From positions 248,001-312,000 of the forward strand of contig QPGO01000021.1 of the NCBI GenBank assembly GCA_008632985.1: a stretch of 64,000 nt of DNA. The letters run 5' to 3'. The first letter of the stretch is position 1. Each line of letters begins with the position of its first letter. The stretch is from Psammoneis japonica (lineage: Eukaryota). Positions 60,520 through 64,000 of this stretch are shown in pieces. The notes under the pieces are model-generated. The model saw only the letters and a program-made list of their open reading frames with translations, had not been told where the DNA came from and ran no database searches. The position numbers were made by a program, and so were the translations under genes.

Positions 60520-62614
60520 ATGGCTGCTGTCCCTCCTGTGGTCGCCGGTGGAGCGCCACCGGCACCCCCAAAAACACACCACGACAAGTGGATGACCCAA
60601 GGTGATCACTTGGGAGGGGAGCACGCGAATTTATACCGTCGATACGATGCCACCGTCGCTGCTCCCGAGCCGGCCGCTACGCTACTCGAGCACACCATCG
60701 ACTCGAGCGACGTGGCACCCAAGGCCTTTTTGGTGCTAGTGCGCCAAGGCACGGGGCACCGGATCACCTGCATCCACCGGCCCTCGGTTTGCACAAGAGA
60801 CCCGGTGGAGACCTCGCCGTGGGACGGTCGTGTGTTCTGTTTTCGAGGAGACGTGCTACCGGGTAACTTCATTACCATCCTCGAGTTGCCCAACACTCCG
60901 TTTGAAACTGTGGGTCCACAAGTGGCACCTGCGGTGGCCAACATGGCCGCCCTAGAAGGCACTCTGGTTGATGAAGAGGATTTGATGCCTCCGCAGACCG
61001 ATGGCGCCCCGGACACCGACACGATCTACGTCCGCCGACTTGTGCAGGTGCCCCATGCCTGTCTGCATCTCGTGCTGAACCGGGATCTCACTCCTCTGCA
61101 GGCCTGGCGGGAACTCGCAGGAGCAATCCAAAACGACGGACGCACGGGGGACTTGAGTCCCCTCATCGATTGGTTGTGCACGGCACTCACCACCGACACA
61201 GCGGTGAATCCAGATCCGGTTCAGTGTGTGGGTGATCGTGCCACCGCCTTGCCACCACTCGCGGTGGATGCCCGCCCACAGGAGCATCGCTGGCGTACGT
61301 TGTTGCAGGACCTTCCCGCCCTGGACACAACGGCCGTAGACAACACCGACCGGGTGCTGGCTTTCACCAACATAGTCCGCGCCGATGCAGCACGCGCGGA
61401 AGCAACACATTCCACAGCGGCGGCCGTGGCCGCCACCCCCAAAACTCCGACGGAAGCTTTCCCGCAGACTGCACCCGCATGGCTGTTGCTTTCGAGCGCA
61501 CCGGACGATGCGGCTTTACCCGCGCTGCACCACGCCTGGGCCAACAGCACCAAAGCCGAGCGGCGCCTGTGTTTTGCTCGCGCCTTGGAAGCTCGCACTC
61601 AAGAGCCTGACGCGGCATCCCGCACAGCACCTGCAGTCTCCAAGGAGTTGTGCGAGATGGTGTTGCAAGGGAAGGTAGCACCTCACGTGCACCAAGTGAA
61701 CGATTTGACCGCCGGCGTCTCCCCATTCACGTGCGGCTTCTTTTTGGCTGGACAAGGCTCCACTGCACAAGTCCGGGCCGAACGCTACGACCTTGCGTTG
61801 GCTGGCAACTTGACGCCCACCGTTGCGGAACAGGAGGAGTTCCGCACCAAGGACACACCTCTTCCCACGTCCACTCACCATTGCGGAAGCATGCTTCAAG
61901 CTGCCAGTCTGGTGTTGGACGTCATCCAAGGATCGAATCACCCCCATGCTGTGGCGTTCTGGCAGTTCTGCTTGGAAGATTGGCGAGACATGGTCGACCT
62001 GCTCGAACAATCGGGAGCACTCCTGGCTGAGGGGAACGCACTTCCCCGCATCTGTCGCGAGGTGCAGATGCTCATGGGAGTCACCTGCGCAGGCTCACGC
62101 AAGGTGGTGCACCCCGGGTGCCCGACTACACCGCTGTGGCGCACAAGGTGCTCCACGGACAATTCTCCTTGCTGGCACAGTTGCCACGCCATTTGCTTGG
62201 CCAACCAGAGCAGACAACCAATTCCCAGGCGAGCTCGACCAGCGCCAGCAACAGTGGCACCCCTTCCGCGGCTGCCGCCGCTGCGGGACGTCGCGACCCG
62301 GGCACGGCCGTTGCGAATCCCAACCCGGTGCGGTCCTGGCTGACGGCCTTTGCACAAGCCGGGATCCGCCTAGCTACGGTCCGACGTTTCGCACCCCGAA
62401 CCACGGATTCAAGTGGCACCGCATGTGAAGTGTGCCTTTCCTGTCACCAAAAGGAACGTGCTTCGCCAACTGTGAGCGCAGCAACACGCACCGGAACCTC
62501 TCGCCACGAGAGAGGACGGCTGTGAGCGCGTTCGTTCGGGACCACGTGTCCAATCCCCAAGAAGGTGGCGCCCCAGCTCCGGCACCCGCGCCGGCACCGG
62601 CGGCCTCCACCTGA
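60520..62614 (+). pseudogene. ORF1 (gag-like) of the DIRS-like element, frameshifted and TpA-mutated
   Basis: Long ORF continuing across shifts near 62080 and 62450 to CLSCHQKGTCFANCERSNTH. Confidence 0.65.
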
Positions 62615-62665
62615 GGACGGGGGCCAGTCAGCCCTAAAGCTGGCCTGCAGCCCTCCTCTACCTGC

Positions 62666-64000
62666 TTGCCAGATCCGCACCAGCAGCATCCACGCAGCAA
62701 CGAACTAGGTAAGTTAGCAGAGGACCATGCCAAACTCTTACAAACTTTAGGCTGGAGCCAGTTCGTTGCACACCTGCGCAGGGAGCCGTGTCTGGTCGAG
62801 AATGTTCGGCAGCCACCCCACCCAGCTGCCGAGTTACTTTCTAAACTCCGCAACGACGGAGCACCGGTCCAGTTTTCAACGGAAGACTGGTCCCCTCACC
62901 GGGTCCGGATGGCGACCGACCGCGGGAGCCATCCGTCCACTCACGAGTGTCTGGGCTTCCTCGAATCGGACATGGTGGACATGATCCAGAAACGACACTG
63001 GACAGTCCTGCCGCACCGCGAAGCCTGCAAGCTCCCCCACCTGCGTGTCTCACCGATGGGCGTGGTGCCGCAACGCGACCGCCGCCCGCGCACCATCGTT
63101 GATTACAGCCATTACGGTCTCAACGACGAGACTGTCAAGCACGCCCCTCCAGAAGCCATGCAATTCGGTCGAGCTCTCGACAGGTTCTTGTGCAACATCT
63201 TCCGTGCAGACCCGAAGCACGGCCCGGCACACATGCTCAAGCTTGACCTTTCCGATGGGTTCTGTCGCGTCGGGCTGCGACCCCAGGACATGCCCAAGCT
63301 CGGGGTGGCCTTCCCAGCAGGCCCAGGGGAGGAACCGCTGACAGCGCTGCCTCTCGTCCTACCCATGGGCTGGACCGAGAGTCCGCCATTCTTTTGTGTG
63401 GGCACCGAGACGGTGATTGACTTGGCGAACAGCCACTCGCCCACAGCTTGGGACCCTCCGGTTCATCCCCTAGAACAGGCAGCGGCCACTCCAGCACCTC
63501 ACGACAACACCTTGCGCATCGACGTGCCGCCGCCTTCCAGTGCAGCTCCGACTAGCCGCGCATCACGCCTTCCTCCTCCCGCCGCTCTCCATCGCAGACC
63601 CCGACGGGGCTCTCAGCCACTGAAACTTCGATGTCTACGTCGATGATGAAACATGCGCCGCACAAGGAACGAAGGCTCGTCTCAACAAGCTACGTCGACG
63701 CCTCTTGCACATCAACGATCAAGTCTTCCGTCCCAACACACCGTCTGACGAGCACTGGCGGCGTGAAACCATCTCCCTCAAGAAACTCCTCAAAGGAGAC
63801 GCGTCGTGGTCGACAGTGAAGGTCATTTTGGGGTGGCTCATAGACACACTAGCCGGGACTGTCGAGTTGCCCCCGCATCATCGACAACGCCTCCTTGACA
63901 TTCTGGCTGACACCATCCCTCGCCGCCACATGTCCAACAAACAATGCTGCAAACTTCTCGACAAAGTCCGCAGCATGTTGTTGGCGGTGTCCGGTGGTGC
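62666..64000 (+). pseudogene. Reverse transcriptase ORF of the DIRS-like element, TpA-mutated, frameshift near 63620
   Basis: SPMGVVPQRDRRPRTIVDYS, MQFGRAL, KLDLSDGF(C)RV, LPMGWTESPPFF, VYVDD and KVILGWLIDT. Confidence 0.85.

Larger units (their letters stand above)
60340..64000 (+). mobile_element. DIRS/Ngaro-like retrotransposon running off the window; 5' boundary approximate
   Basis: GC-rich; gag-like ORF with a Cys/His knuckle followed by an RT ORF of DIRS type. No tyrosine recombinase is visible within the window. Confidence 0.78.

Noticed and set aside
62666..64000. Diversity-generating retroelement (RT plus adenine-specific mutation)
   Set aside because: The RT is DIRS-like, no template/variable repeat pair is visible, and changes are TpA-specific transitions on both strands rather than A-to-N on one strand.

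Overview
Eukaryotic DNA, most likely a pennate diatom, judged from short GT-AG introns, bipartite plastid-targeting presequences and PT-repeat secreted proteins. Ordinary genes include a class 1A DHODH, an AlkD-like protein, a GFA protein, SufA/IscA, a 5S rRNA, NDUFA4/B12D, PepN, two ADP-ribosyltransferase-like/RING/Deltex paralogs, an M12B-like protease, two subtilisins, GcvP, a BTB protein and a metallophosphoesterase. Many carry single-base frameshifts that look like assembly indels. The main signal is three transposon-derived domains (about 18.7-20.1 kb, 27.0-47.3 kb and 60.7-64 kb) in which TpA has been almost eliminated, apparently by conversion to TpG or CpA (A:T to G:C on both strands). 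Conserved Tyr, Ile and Val codons of a DIRS-like reverse transcriptase read as Cys/His, Met/Thr and Ala. A duplicated upstream region shows TA to TG/CA changes in the copy next to the element, and the effect fades as a gradient into flanking DNA. Surviving TpA sites are mostly in YTA/TAR contexts, and CpG loss is confined to a narrower core. This suggests a RIP-analogous, TpA-directed hypermutation system acting on transposons, which I do not recognise as described. All composition statements are by eye, and a base-calling artefact from modified bases must be excluded.
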